A DNA stretch of 53,715 bases from Candidatus Bathyarchaeia archaeon (GCA_049512935.1 JBEKWR010000024.1:1-53715), one strand, 5' to 3'; positions 37,401 through 46,483 are shown, counted from the first letter of the stretch. Numbers and translations are program-made. Notes: generated by a model not told the origin, from the letters alone.

Positions 37401-38513
37401 ATGGAACTTCGTTATTTTGTGCCTTTTAAGGCTCAGGACGGCGTCAACGCCCAGTACGCGCTGCGCGAGAAGCTTGTCAACATTGAAGGCGTAGCCATCG
37501 ATACGAGCGTGAACGCCAACAAATGGCAGGTTCCCCAGCAGGACCTAGAGTACGTAGCGTCCAGCCTGGCGGGGGCACAGCTCAGGGTTGACCACGCCGA
37601 AAGCGCCCTGATGGTTGTTGGCAAGGTTTCAGAGGCGAAGCGGGACGGCGACCGCGTGCTCTTCCGCGCTGAGGTCGGCGAGGAACGCTTGATTGAGAAG
37701 ATTCTTCGCGGCTACGTGACCCATGTGAGCATTCAGGTGGACAGCGACGACGTGGAGTGCAGCAAATGCAAGCGGCCAACCCGTAAGGAAGGCATGCTCG
37801 TTCACCTGTGCCCGGGCGCCTGGGAAATCATCCATCGACCCAAAGTCCGCGAGCTCAGCGTCGTGGCAAGCCCGGCGTACAAGGAAACGGCGTTTCAACC
37901 TGTCGGCTTCTTCGCCGCAATGAACCGCGACCAATGGGACGCCATCGTCAAAGCCGTCGCGGATTCACAGTTATCAGAAAATGATAACGAGGATGTGGGT
38001 TCTAGGCATAGGCCGCAAGAACCTGAAAGCAAATTGTTTGCAAGAGAGGTGAGGCACTTGTCTGAACATAACAGTCAGATGGGCGCTTCTCCACATAAGG
38101 CACAGGGCGTAGTTAACGTGGCGCCAGACGAAGAGGAGCCGAAGCAGGTAACGTACGAAGATTTCATGCAGCAGCTACAAGACCTCGAAAAGCAAATAAC
38201 CAACTCAAGCACTTCGGAAGCCGACGTTGAAGCTCTCAAAAAGAAAGTCTCTGAGCTTGAAGACGCAGTGGCGAAAAAAGCCACCAAACGCAGTTTAAGC
38301 CGCAAAATAAGCGAGCTTTCAAAGCAGCTTCAGCAACCCCAACAGGACGGCGAAGACGAGGGCGACAAGCAGGAAACCCAATCCAACTCGGCGAGACACG
38401 CAAGCGGCAAAGGCATAGTGGCAGCGGACGAGATGCAGCGCGATGCACTTGGCAATTACGACTGGTTCAAAGACCTCCTCAAAGCACACAAGAAACTCAC
38501 AGGTTTCCATTAA
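37401..38513 (+). CDS. Prohead protease fused to a coiled-coil scaffold region
   Basis: LRVDH, VSI, CSKC...HLC Zn insert and ELSVVASPAY protease-like motifs; acidic coiled-coil C-terminal third. Confidence 0.88.
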   Translation: MELRYFVPFKAQDGVNAQYALREKLVNIEGVAIDTSVNANKWQVPQQDLEYVASSLAGAQLRVDHAESALMVVGKVSEAKRDGDRVLFRAEVGEERLIEKILRGYVTHVSIQVDSDDVECSKCKRPTRKEGMLVHLCPGAWEIIHRPKVRELSVVASPAYKETAFQPVGFFAAMNRDQWDAIVKAVADSQLSENDNEDVGSRHRPQEPESKLFAREVRHLSEHNSQMGASPHKAQGVVNVAPDEEEPKQVTYEDFMQQLQDLEKQITNSSTSEADVEALKKKVSELEDAVAKKATKRSLSRKISELSKQLQQPQQDGEDEGDKQETQSNSARHASGKGIVAADEMQRDALGNYDWFKDLLKAHKKLTGFH

Positions 38514-38525
38514 AGGTGAATTTGC

Positions 38526-38975
38526 ATGTCTTTAGAAGGAACAACCGCGCTTGTAAGTGACCGCTACCTAATCAGCGCGCAAGTTGACACGGGAGCAACC
38601 GTCACAGCAGGCCAAGTTGTCTACATAAGCAACCCAGGCTTCATCCCAGCGGTAAAACCAACAGATGGCATACGCAAAGACGTCATCGGCGTGGCATTGA
38701 CAGGCGGCGCAGCAGGCAAAACAATAACGGTTATCTGCAGAGGCTTAGTGCGGGTCACGGCTTCAGGAAGCATCTCGACGGCGCAGAGGATAGCAAGCGA
38801 CGCAAGCGGGCAAGTTCAGGGTGTCGCCGCAATGGCGGCTCCCGCATCAGACACCTACACGACCGCTGCCATGCAGGCGCAGCTTGACAAAACTGAGCAA
38901 TGGATCGGCAGGGCAATAACGGCTTCGTCAACGGCTGGCACCGTCATCTACGCCTTGATCTACTGCATACCCTAA
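38526..38975 (+). CDS. Capsid decoration/cement protein (DUF2190-like)
   Basis: VTAGQVVYI, VIGVAL, RGLVRVTASGSI, IGRAIT; adjacent to the capsid gene. Confidence 0.75.
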   Translation: MSLEGTTALVSDRYLISAQVDTGATVTAGQVVYISNPGFIPAVKPTDGIRKDVIGVALTGGAAGKTITVICRGLVRVTASGSISTAQRIASDASGQVQGVAAMAAPASDTYTTAAMQAQLDKTEQWIGRAITASSTAGTVIYALIYCIP

Positions 38976-38991
38976 GCAAAGGTGACTTCAC

Positions 38992-39917
38992 ATGAGTTTC
39001 GTTAGAGACGCATTAACTTTCGTTGACACAGGAGGCGTTGCTTACCCCGCGCTTCACCGCAAAATCATCGAGCTATGCATGCCCGCACTTGTCGTCAAGA
39101 AATTGCTGGCTGAGTTTCCGCTGGTCGCTGGCAAAACAGCTACTTTCGTTAAGGAAAACGGCAGCCGCTCAGCTGCGATAAGCCAGGTTGGCGAGGGCGC
39201 TGAGATTCAGATGGACTTCACGCCTTATACCACGATCACAATTACGCCGTACAAGAAGGGTCTGCGCGAACGCATCAGCCGGGAAAACATCGAGGACCTT
39301 TACATTCCAGTGATTGAGAATCAACTGCGACGCTTAGCACGACGCATGGCTTACACCATCGACAGCGACTGCATGACCGTTCTCGACTCCGCCGCAGCGA
39401 CGTCTACTCCTGCAACGGGCAAAAGCTTAGGCGCCACGGGATCCGAGTTCACCATAACCGGTGGGCTTGGCACCAAAGACATCTTGGCTGGCAAAGCAGC
39501 GATCGAGGGCAAAAACTTCATTCCCGACAGCATCCTGCTTAACCCAATCAACGCCAGAGACGTCATGTATCTTCCCCAGTTTTCGCTGTACGCACAGTAC
39601 GGCGAGCAGCCGGGAGCAATGCAGAACGGCGTGATCGGCTCAATCTACGGCATGTCACTGTACATAAGCAACACTGTTCCAGCGGGAAACGCGTACATAT
39701 TGAGCACTGGGCCGAACCTGTCGGCGGCGTATTCACCTTTGGGCTTTTTCGTTAAGGTTGCCGCCTAAGCAGCCGCGAAGTAAAACGCCCCTTGATGAGC
39801 GACGTTGAAATAAAACAGGAGTTCGACTCTGTCGACGTGACTTTGACAACCCGCTACAGCCCCGTGGTAGTCTGTGGAGAAGCAATCTGCAAAGTGACTG
39901 GACTCAACACGAGTTAA
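38992..39917 (+). CDS. HK97-fold major capsid protein, join(38992..39754,39781..39917), 299 aa after removal of a predicted 26-nt BHB intron
   Basis: VGEGAEI, PYKKG...ISRE.IED, PDSILLNP, GSIYGM...SN.VP. The downstream frame supplies a plausible C-terminus, KRPLMSDVEIKQEFDSVDVTLTTRYSPVVVCGEAICKVTGLNTS. Confidence 0.88.
39755..39780 (+). other. Predicted bulge-helix-bulge intron AGGTTGCCGCCTAAGCAGCCGCGAAG
   Basis: Central helix UCGU/GCGA, 3-nt bulges UAA and AGU, inner helix GGUUGC/GCAGCC, outer helix GGGCUUUU/AAAA(C)GCCC. Excision restores the frame. Confidence 0.8.
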
Positions 39918-40050
39918 ACACAACTTTTGAAAAGAGCAAAAAAACTTCTTGCCCCTGTCTTTTAAGTTAGGGTCCGTAAAGCCGGCTTTCAAAATCATCT
40001 CGCAATTTTGCTTGGCCATGCGCTGGGCAGTGTGAAAGGGTGATTTAAAC

Positions 40051-40638
40051 ATGGAAAAAGCATTTGGACATGAAAAAGTGAGCGTAGCTGCACATGCAGC
40101 AGCAAGCGAGAAAGCCGCGTGGATGGCGCGTTGGACGATACAAAAGTTCGTCGGCGACTTTCCAGGGATGACTCCGCGGGAAATCATGGATTCAGGCGTT
40201 AAACCTTATGAGTCCTTGGAGTTAGAGGGCAACTGTCTGCTGAACTGCGGAATCAACAGCATCATCTGGAAGGCCGTGAACGGCGGGTTAACGTCCCCGT
40301 TGAACGCTACTTACGGCTGCATAGGCGTGGGCGACTCGACGACGGCGGCGTCGGCAAGTCAAACGGGGCTGCAGGCAAGCAGCAATTACCTCTGGGTTGT
40401 TGCGACAAGCGTCACGGTTGGTTCAAGCCAGCAGATGGTTGTCGTAGCCAACTTCAGCTCAGGCCAAGCCAACTACGTTTGGAACGAGATCTGCGCTGGT
40501 GTGGCTCCGTCTGGGCTGCCTAGTGCCTCAGCTGCTCCGCCAGGTTCAGGGACGGCTTTGAATCGTTTGGTGTCAACCATGGGCACGAAAGCAAGCGGTA
40601 CCACGTGGACTGCGACGTTGACGGTTTCGCTGCAATAG
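40051..40638 (+). CDS. Putative virion structural protein
   Basis: GNCLLNCG...IGVGDSTTAASASQTGL...ANYVWNE...NRLV..MGTKASG pattern typical of tailed-virus structural proteins. Confidence 0.7.
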   Translation: MEKAFGHEKVSVAAHAAASEKAAWMARWTIQKFVGDFPGMTPREIMDSGVKPYESLELEGNCLLNCGINSIIWKAVNGGLTSPLNATYGCIGVGDSTTAASASQTGLQASSNYLWVVATSVTVGSSQQMVVVANFSSGQANYVWNEICAGVAPSGLPSASAAPPGSGTALNRLVSTMGTKASGTTWTATLTVSLQ

Positions 40639-40642
40639 GTGT

Positions 40643-40942
40643 ATGGGCATGGTTAACGTTGGGGATACTTACACTTACAGCGCAACTATTAGCAACGGAG
40701 CAAGCCTTAGTCTTCAGCAATCAAGTACTCAATGCGTGGTAATTCACAACATCTGCTATGCAGGTGCAGTGGAGTTACACGCAACTGATGGTACGAATGA
40801 TGTGAAGGTTGATATGGATTCTTCTAACGGCGGCTGGCTGAACTTTGCTTTTCACTGCAGCGCGAGCTATTGGTACTACGTGAAGAACACGAGCGGCGGA
40901 AACCTCGTAATTACCGCTGACGGGATCTATACTCATACTTGA
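40643..40942 (+). CDS. Small beta-rich putative virion protein
   Basis: Tightly packed in the structural operon. Confidence 0.6.
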   Translation: MGMVNVGDTYTYSATISNGASLSLQQSSTQCVVIHNICYAGAVELHATDGTNDVKVDMDSSNGGWLNFAFHCSASYWYYVKNTSGGNLVITADGIYTHT

Positions 40943-40953
40943 GGTGACCGAGG

Positions 40954-41223
40954 TTGACAAACGTTGAACAGGGTAACGCATGTATCTACGCGAAAATTCA
41001 GCTTGCGCAGAACTTAGGGATTTCCGCGAGTGGCTCAGATCAGGTTAACGCAGCAGTTAATCAAACTCAGGATCCTAATGGCTTGTGGAGTGCCGTCGGC
41101 TGGTTTTATGATGAGCCGTCGGGAGTCTTGACTGTGTACTTTAATGCTGTTCCTTCTGACGATGGCGCGCAATTACTTACGAACATCCAGGGCATCTACT
41201 CAACCGCGGCGTTCGTGACCTAG
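40954..41223 (+). CDS. Hypothetical viral protein
   Basis: GAGGTGA SD, TTG start, operon packing. Confidence 0.6.
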   Translation: MTNVEQGNACIYAKIQLAQNLGISASGSDQVNAAVNQTQDPNGLWSAVGWFYDEPSGVLTVYFNAVPSDDGAQLLTNIQGIYSTAAFVT

Positions 41224-41225
41224 TA

Positions 41226-42014
41226 ATGACAAGGCTTACTCCCCGTACTTCAACGCTTCACACGTTGACCATAACAATGCAGGCTGCACAAGAAACGTTG
41301 CAAGGCACGCCGACTACGCTGCCAACTTCTGAGCCTGGCGCCGGGAGCGAGCAGGTTAGCTATACGGTGGTGTCTGGCGATTTGCCGACGTTCAGTGGTT
41401 CAGTGCCGATTGCGCAGACTTGGATTGCTGATGTTATTGCTGCTGGAAAAGCTGTAACCGCAGCAACTATTTCGTGGCGAATGAAGAAAAACGGCTCTAA
41501 TGTTGCTACGGGAACTCAGGCTGTTGCTGCTAACACATTCTACACCGTAAATGCCTACTTTGTTGGCGTAGCGGTTGGCGATGTCTTGACGATTTCTCTT
41601 TGGAGCAACCAGACAGACAGCAATTGGGATTACAATGCTTATCAAATTCACTATGATAGGTTAATTCCAGAAAACCCGAATAAGCTCTACGTGTACAACT
41701 TAACGTACACTCTTTTTACGCCTAATGCAAACCTTCCCACATTAGTTAAAGGCAATCCTGCTTCAACAGGTACGCAATATCCAAATTTCAATGTTGGAAA
41801 TTCAGGTTTTGCTGTGCCAATATCAAGTTCGCAAAACGTGGGTGCGTTGCTGGTAAGCTCGATTTATGGACTAGTCAGAATGTATTATGGCGAACAAGCT
41901 GGAGTTAACACGGCTATCGTCAACACAAGCGCAACATATCGCCCATATTACTACCAAGACTATCACTGGGTCAGCACAATAGGTTGGCGTTATTTGGATA
42001 GAGCTTTAAAGTAG
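41226..42014 (+). CDS. Putative virion fibre/decoration protein
   Basis: T/S/V/G-rich beta composition; in the structural operon. Confidence 0.6.
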   Translation: MTRLTPRTSTLHTLTITMQAAQETLQGTPTTLPTSEPGAGSEQVSYTVVSGDLPTFSGSVPIAQTWIADVIAAGKAVTAATISWRMKKNGSNVATGTQAVAANTFYTVNAYFVGVAVGDVLTISLWSNQTDSNWDYNAYQIHYDRLIPENPNKLYVYNLTYTLFTPNANLPTLVKGNPASTGTQYPNFNVGNSGFAVPISSSQNVGALLVSSIYGLVRMYYGEQAGVNTAIVNTSATYRPYYYQDYHWVSTIGWRYLDRALK

Positions 42015-42017
42015 GAG

Positions 42018-42689
42018 TTGCGAGTGTTGTCTGTCGCTGTCACCGAGTACGGTGAAATCGTTTCTAACGGGCTTACTGAGTATGGCGAAGTTGTTTTCGG
42101 CAGTAAGTTAACAGAGTTCGGCGAAATATTTTTTCAAGGAATTCATGTTATTTCAGCCTCGGAAAGTGGTGTCGGCTCAGACGTTGCAAGTTTAGCTGCT
42201 TCGGTTCCAGCAGTTGAATCTGGACAGGGCGCAGATGCTGCCGGGCTTCAAGCAGCAATTCCCGGAAGCGACGTTGGAACGGCTTTTGAGTCTTCAACAG
42301 TTCAAGCGACCGTATCCGCAGCTGAATCAGGCTTAAGCTTAGATTCAGTTACTTTGCACGCCTTGATCTCTCTTCTTGAGTCAGGTGTAGGTGCTGATTC
42401 AGCCACAGTTCATACTTTTCTTAGTCTGCTCGAAACAGCCGTAGGCTTTGATGCAGCAACTGTTCAGGCGTTAGTTAGCGCTTTAGATTCTGGCGTAGTT
42501 GTGGATTCTGCTGGGGTGTCAGCTTTCTTGAGCGTTTTTGATTCTGGTTTAGGTGTTGATAGAGCCAAGGCTGGTCAGTTGTTTGTTCGTTTGGTCAACC
42601 TTGTGGGTGACGGTGCGCCTGTAACTTTGCGGGTTGAGGGCAGCCAGGTTGTGTTGCGCGGTGACGGTGCACATGTCAAGGCAGAGTAA
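42018..42689 (+). CDS. Virion protein with eight 18-aa repeats
   Basis: Three TE(Y/F)GE units, then repeats of consensus (I/V/L)SxxESGxGxDxAxLxAx. Confidence 0.7.
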   Translation: MRVLSVAVTEYGEIVSNGLTEYGEVVFGSKLTEFGEIFFQGIHVISASESGVGSDVASLAASVPAVESGQGADAAGLQAAIPGSDVGTAFESSTVQATVSAAESGLSLDSVTLHALISLLESGVGADSATVHTFLSLLETAVGFDAATVQALVSALDSGVVVDSAGVSAFLSVFDSGLGVDRAKAGQLFVRLVNLVGDGAPVTLRVEGSQVVLRGDGAHVKAE

Positions 42690-42704
42690 TTGAGGAATGA
42701 GATT

Positions 42705-43478
42705 ATGTCAACTGTTTTCAGGATGAATACGGGTGATTTGCAGCCGAGCCTGCAGGCTACCCTTTTGAACCCAGACAACACTCCTGCAGACTTAACTGGG
42801 GCAAGCGTCGTCTTTACCATGATGCAGCAAGGTGCAGTTCTGTTCAGTAATCCAGCGACGATTGTTGACGCGGTTAACGGGGTGGTTCTTTACTGTTGGC
42901 TCCCTGGCAACACAGATTATTATGGCAGCTGCGTCGGCGTTTTCGTCGTCACGTACCCGTCTGGGTTGACGCGGACGTTCCCCGTTGGCGCCCAGTTAAA
43001 CATTGTTTTTCCCCCGCAGTACCCGCAGTTTACCACGCTTGGCGAGGTCATAAGCCGCTTGAACGTCACGGGACCAGACAGCAACGACAACTTCACCGTT
43101 TTCGGTCTTGCGATTTCTGCCGACAGCGTGCAGGCTCACGTGGACTACGCGAACAAGTACCTTTACTCTCTCGTGCCAAGTTTAACGCCCACGGATTCGC
43201 TTTATGTCAACGCGCAGTTAGCCGCATTGGACATTGCTTGCCTGGGCGTTCTAGTGACAAGCGTCGGGGGCAGCCTCGTCGGGGCGTACGACTATTTCCT
43301 CGGCGACATGCGTGTGGCACGCGCGGGGCCTTACGCTTCCGCGATCAAGGCTGCGATTGACGGCTACCGCAGCAGCGCGATAGCTAACTTGGCGAACGTG
43401 GCAGCGGTTGTTTCTGCGGCTGAGGCTTCTGCGGCTGGGAAAGTGCCAAGGTACAGGGGTGGGTTGGTTTCGCCATGA
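42705..43478 (+). CDS. BppU-like N-terminal domain fused to a head-tail adaptor-like domain
   Basis: GDLQPSLQATL...ADLTGASVVF...GVVLYCW..G.T...TFP, then FTTLGEV...V.AHVDYANKY. Confidence 0.65.
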   Translation: MSTVFRMNTGDLQPSLQATLLNPDNTPADLTGASVVFTMMQQGAVLFSNPATIVDAVNGVVLYCWLPGNTDYYGSCVGVFVVTYPSGLTRTFPVGAQLNIVFPPQYPQFTTLGEVISRLNVTGPDSNDNFTVFGLAISADSVQAHVDYANKYLYSLVPSLTPTDSLYVNAQLAALDIACLGVLVTSVGGSLVGAYDYFLGDMRVARAGPYASAIKAAIDGYRSSAIANLANVAAVVSAAEASAAGKVPRYRGGLVSP

Positions 43479-43612
43479 GTTATGGAAAAGTGCTGACAAA
43501 AGGAAATTACATCTTGGCTAAAGTGAACGGGGTCAAGATGGTTCTTTCAAGCGGTGAACTGGGGCAGCTTATCTGCGATGGGTATGATGTAGAAGTTGTA
43601 ACGTCAACTTGA
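43475..43612 (+). CDS. 45-aa hypothetical viral protein (not in ORF track)
   Basis: ATGA overlap with the upstream stop; MSYGKVLTKGNYILAKVNGVKMVLSSGELGQLICDGYDVEVVTST. Confidence 0.6.
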   Translation: MSYGKVLTKGNYILAKVNGVKMVLSSGELGQLICDGYDVEVVTST

Positions 43613-43625
43613 AGAAAACTTTTTG

Positions 43626-43748
43626 TTAGTCGACTAGGTGTGCTGTGCCGTCGGGACAGTAGACCTTCTCGCCTGTTTCAACTTTCGCGTAGCGTCTCTT
43701 GCACTCGAAGAGTTGAAGCTCGCATCCATCACAATCACGAGATAGCAT
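43626..43748 (-). CDS. 40-aa Cys-rich microprotein (not in ORF track)
   Basis: GAGGTGA SD 4 nt before ATG; MLSRDCDGCELQLFECKRRYAKVETGEKVYCPDGTAHLVD. Confidence 0.65.
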   Translation of the reverse strand: MLSRDCDGCELQLFECKRRYAKVETGEKVYCPDGTAHLVD

Positions 43749-43868
43749 CTTGTCACCTCTCTTCCTTTAACAAGTTCCGAAGTAGCGTACGGAACAGAGA
43801 AATAAGGATTTTGTTCATAGTCTATAGCCACTTCTTTGGTACACTAACAGCAGGGAGTTGTTTTTACC

Positions 43869-44336
43869 ATGTCTACACCAAGCGACACGTTCGCAGAGAA
43901 AATTAGCAACCTGTTGCAGCAGAACTGGGACAGCGACAGCACAGGCATTCAGATGACTGACGTGTTCTGGAGCCACGACAAATTCGACACTATGAGCCAG
44001 GTTGAACAGGTCAGCCAAAAAGCCATTGTTTCAACGTATAACCCTCAGAACCCAGTTGCTGTCGAGGTGCTTACCCCCCAGACCAACTTTATTCATGAAA
44101 CAATCGTGGTCGACGTTATCCTCCATGTTGCAATTCTCGGGGGAACCGACAGCTGCATTGCTCTGCGTGAATCCGTGCGACAGTTTATCCTTAAGATTTT
44201 GCATGCTCATCAAACGCTTTTGCCTGGAGCCAACCTCATGAATGTGGAAGGCGAGTATGTGCGTGGTGAGCTGCCGCAGATTCAGCGTGAGACTTTCAAG
44301 GTGGCTGTAAGCTTCTTCGACGTTTCACCGGCTTGA
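43869..44336 (+). CDS. Putative tail terminator/neck protein
   Basis: Size, position and LLQQNW N-terminus, as in archaeal virus neck proteins; assignment mainly positional. Confidence 0.55.
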   Translation: MSTPSDTFAEKISNLLQQNWDSDSTGIQMTDVFWSHDKFDTMSQVEQVSQKAIVSTYNPQNPVAVEVLTPQTNFIHETIVVDVILHVAILGGTDSCIALRESVRQFILKILHAHQTLLPGANLMNVEGEYVRGELPQIQRETFKVAVSFFDVSPA

Positions 44337-44430
44337 ATATACAAAACAAATCTGTTTTCTCCCGACAGCGTTGACTGCGCAAAAATTATATACAAAATGC
44401 TTGAAATAGAGCAAGTGGGAGAGCGATAAG

Positions 44431-44991
44431 TTGGGTTTATACAAGGTTGTTTTCAAAAAGTGTCCGCAATGCGGCGGCCGTCTTAAACAGGGAATGCCTC
44501 GGATTGGTCCAGAAAAAGTCGTGTGCGGGCACTGCCACGCAGAAATCAGTACAGGATTGAAACCCTGGTCGAGTTTCACAACTGAACAGAAGCTGTGGAA
44601 GGGGTTCTGGGAGCTCATTGCGCCGTCCTACTTCGGCAGCTACTTTTCCGTCGCGGGGTTGATTGCCCTAGTTGTGAACGCCGTGTTGGTGTTGCTGCCT
44701 TTGATTGCCATACTGGAATTAGCCTTGTCTGCTGGCTCCATTGACGCCTCGGCAATCGGTCTTGCTGTTGGGATGTTCATAGTCGGCGCGTTGTACGTCT
44801 ATTATTTACCGCTGAAGCATCTGCGGACGGAGATCGAAATTTCCGAGAGAAGCGACCCCAATAATCTTGCTGTTTGGCATGTCGGCGAAACCAGAGATTA
44901 CCTGCAAATCGTGTGGTACGGGACGATAGCAGCCATCGTTTTTGTAGCTATAATTGCGGTTGCAGCCGCGTTGCTAGGCGGATTGGGCTAA
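44431..44991 (+). CDS. Zn-ribbon membrane protein (moron-like)
   Basis: CPQC...CGHC followed by three TM helices; own TATA-like AATTATATA upstream. Confidence 0.7.
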   Translation: MGLYKVVFKKCPQCGGRLKQGMPRIGPEKVVCGHCHAEISTGLKPWSSFTTEQKLWKGFWELIAPSYFGSYFSVAGLIALVVNAVLVLLPLIAILELALSAGSIDASAIGLAVGMFIVGALYVYYLPLKHLRTEIEISERSDPNNLAVWHVGETRDYLQIVWYGTIAAIVFVAIIAVAAALLGGLG

Positions 44992-45184
44992 GAAACAATG
45001 GTTCGGTTACCCTCAGCTTCGTTGGGGAAGCCATCAAGCGACCGTCATCATTCCCGTTTACCTAATTTTCACCATTAATACGAACCCCTTTTCGTCCTTA
45101 GTTCTTTGCGGGATGTCTAGCTAGTTAGCCCAGTCGCCATTGAATTTGACGCAAGTTTAGTTCTTCAGTTTTGGGTGAAAAAGT

Positions 45185-45553
45185 GTGAGCGTAAATATTG
45201 AGGTTTCAATTCAGCAAGGGATCACGGCTGCTCTGGAAAACTATGTTGAGCAGTACCCTGAGGCTGTAGCATCCGCGATGAGGACGGTTGCTGACCGCGT
45301 GCTTGAGACAAGCAGTGTTCTTGTGCCTGTGCGGACGGGTTTCCTTAAGTCAACGCTTGGTTATCGGCAAGACAGCAGTTTCCAGGTGACTTTTTTTGCG
45401 GCAGCTTCTTACGCTTCTTATGTCGAGTTTGGGACTTCGCGCATGTCTGCTCGGCTGTTTCTTACGCGGTCGATTCAGCAGCATGAAGGGGAACTTCCGC
45501 AGGAAGTGCTGTCTGCCCTGGTTCAGTTGCGCGATAATTTCTTTATTGTCTGA
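45185..45553 (+). CDS. HK97 gp10-like tail-completion protein
   Basis: VPVRTGFLKST...YASYVEFGTSRMSARLFL. Confidence 0.88.
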   Translation: MSVNIEVSIQQGITAALENYVEQYPEAVASAMRTVADRVLETSSVLVPVRTGFLKSTLGYRQDSSFQVTFFAAASYASYVEFGTSRMSARLFLTRSIQQHEGELPQEVLSALVQLRDNFFIV

Positions 45554-45577
45554 TGGTCATGGGAGGTGAATTAAGCT

Positions 45578-45988
45578 ATGAGCAGCAATTTTCTTTCTGT
45601 TGGCATGAACGGCGTGGTCCAAGTTAACGGAGTCGCCGTGGCGAACCTGAAGAACGCTAGTTTCAGCATAAAAAACGACAGTGTCGAAGAGTACGCTTGC
45701 GGAGGAACAAACCCGAATCAACCCGTGCTTTTGGCGGCGACGAATCAGCATGCAGAAATCAAAGCGGAACAGCTCTGGACAGACAACAATGTGCTGACGC
45801 TTGCGCAGACGCCTGGAACTGCCATTACCATAATCGTCGGGCCGAAGGGCACAGCAACAGGCAACCCCAAATACACTTTCAGCAACGCAGTCATCACACA
45901 GTTGGATCTTAAGTGGGATCAGAAAAGCGCAACCAGCAACAGCTTCAGCGCCAAAGGCATCTTATCTGCGGTGGGAACGTTCTCGTAA
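45578..45988 (+). CDS. Major tail tube protein
   Basis: 136 aa, beta-rich; GGAGGTGA SD; lies between the gp10-like gene and the tail chaperone. Confidence 0.72.
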   Translation: MSSNFLSVGMNGVVQVNGVAVANLKNASFSIKNDSVEEYACGGTNPNQPVLLAATNQHAEIKAEQLWTDNNVLTLAQTPGTAITIIVGPKGTATGNPKYTFSNAVITQLDLKWDQKSATSNSFSAKGILSAVGTFS

Positions 45989-46057
45989 GGGAGCAGATTT
46001 TCCATGTTTGTTGTTTCCCCTTTTTAGGGTAATTTGCTTGTATTAGGAGGTTAAAGT

Positions 46058-46483
46058 TTGAGTGAAGAGGAATTTGATCAAGAAGGCTTTGAACGGTTAA
46101 AAAAAGACTATTTGGAATACGAAGCTCGCATGCGTGAACGCTTGGGCAAGTTTAACATCAATGAGGTTTTAAGGCAAGCAAAGGATTTGCGTTCTGTTTT
46201 CGTTGAAGGCCTCGGCGTGGTTCGTTACGTGCTCTTGTCCGAAGCCGACATCAGCGAAATTGCAAAGAAGTTCCCAGACGACGCTCGTGAACGGAACTTG
46301 CAGGCTTTGTTCAGGTCTTTGGCTGCTGTGGACCCCGAGATAACGCTTGAAAAGCTAAGAGCCCTGCCTTACGATGTCAGTCGCGTGTTGCAGGAGACGG
46401 TTTTGAACGCGAGTTTTTTGCCTCAGCGGAAGACGTCCAAGTCTGGCTCGACAGCAGCGGCGAACTTCAAAGCCTCATCCTGA
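46058..46483 (+). CDS. Tail assembly chaperone (gpG-like); -1 frameshift product predicted to end at 46596
   Basis: Position after the tube gene; slippery T-TTT-TTG at 46414-46420; open -1 frame FASAEDVQVWLDS...RQLGNP. Confidence 0.78.
   Translation: MSEEEFDQEGFERLKKDYLEYEARMRERLGKFNINEVLRQAKDLRSVFVEGLGVVRYVLLSEADISEIAKKFPDDARERNLQALFRSLAAVDPEITLEKLRALPYDVSRVLQETVLNASFLPQRKTSKSGSTAAANFKASS

Noticed and set aside
38992-39768. Capsid gene as a complete 258-aa ORF or a simple pseudogene
   Set aside because: The missing C-terminus is intact just downstream, and the intervening 26 nt form an exact BHB whose canonical cut sites restore the frame; a random lesion is unlikely to do this.
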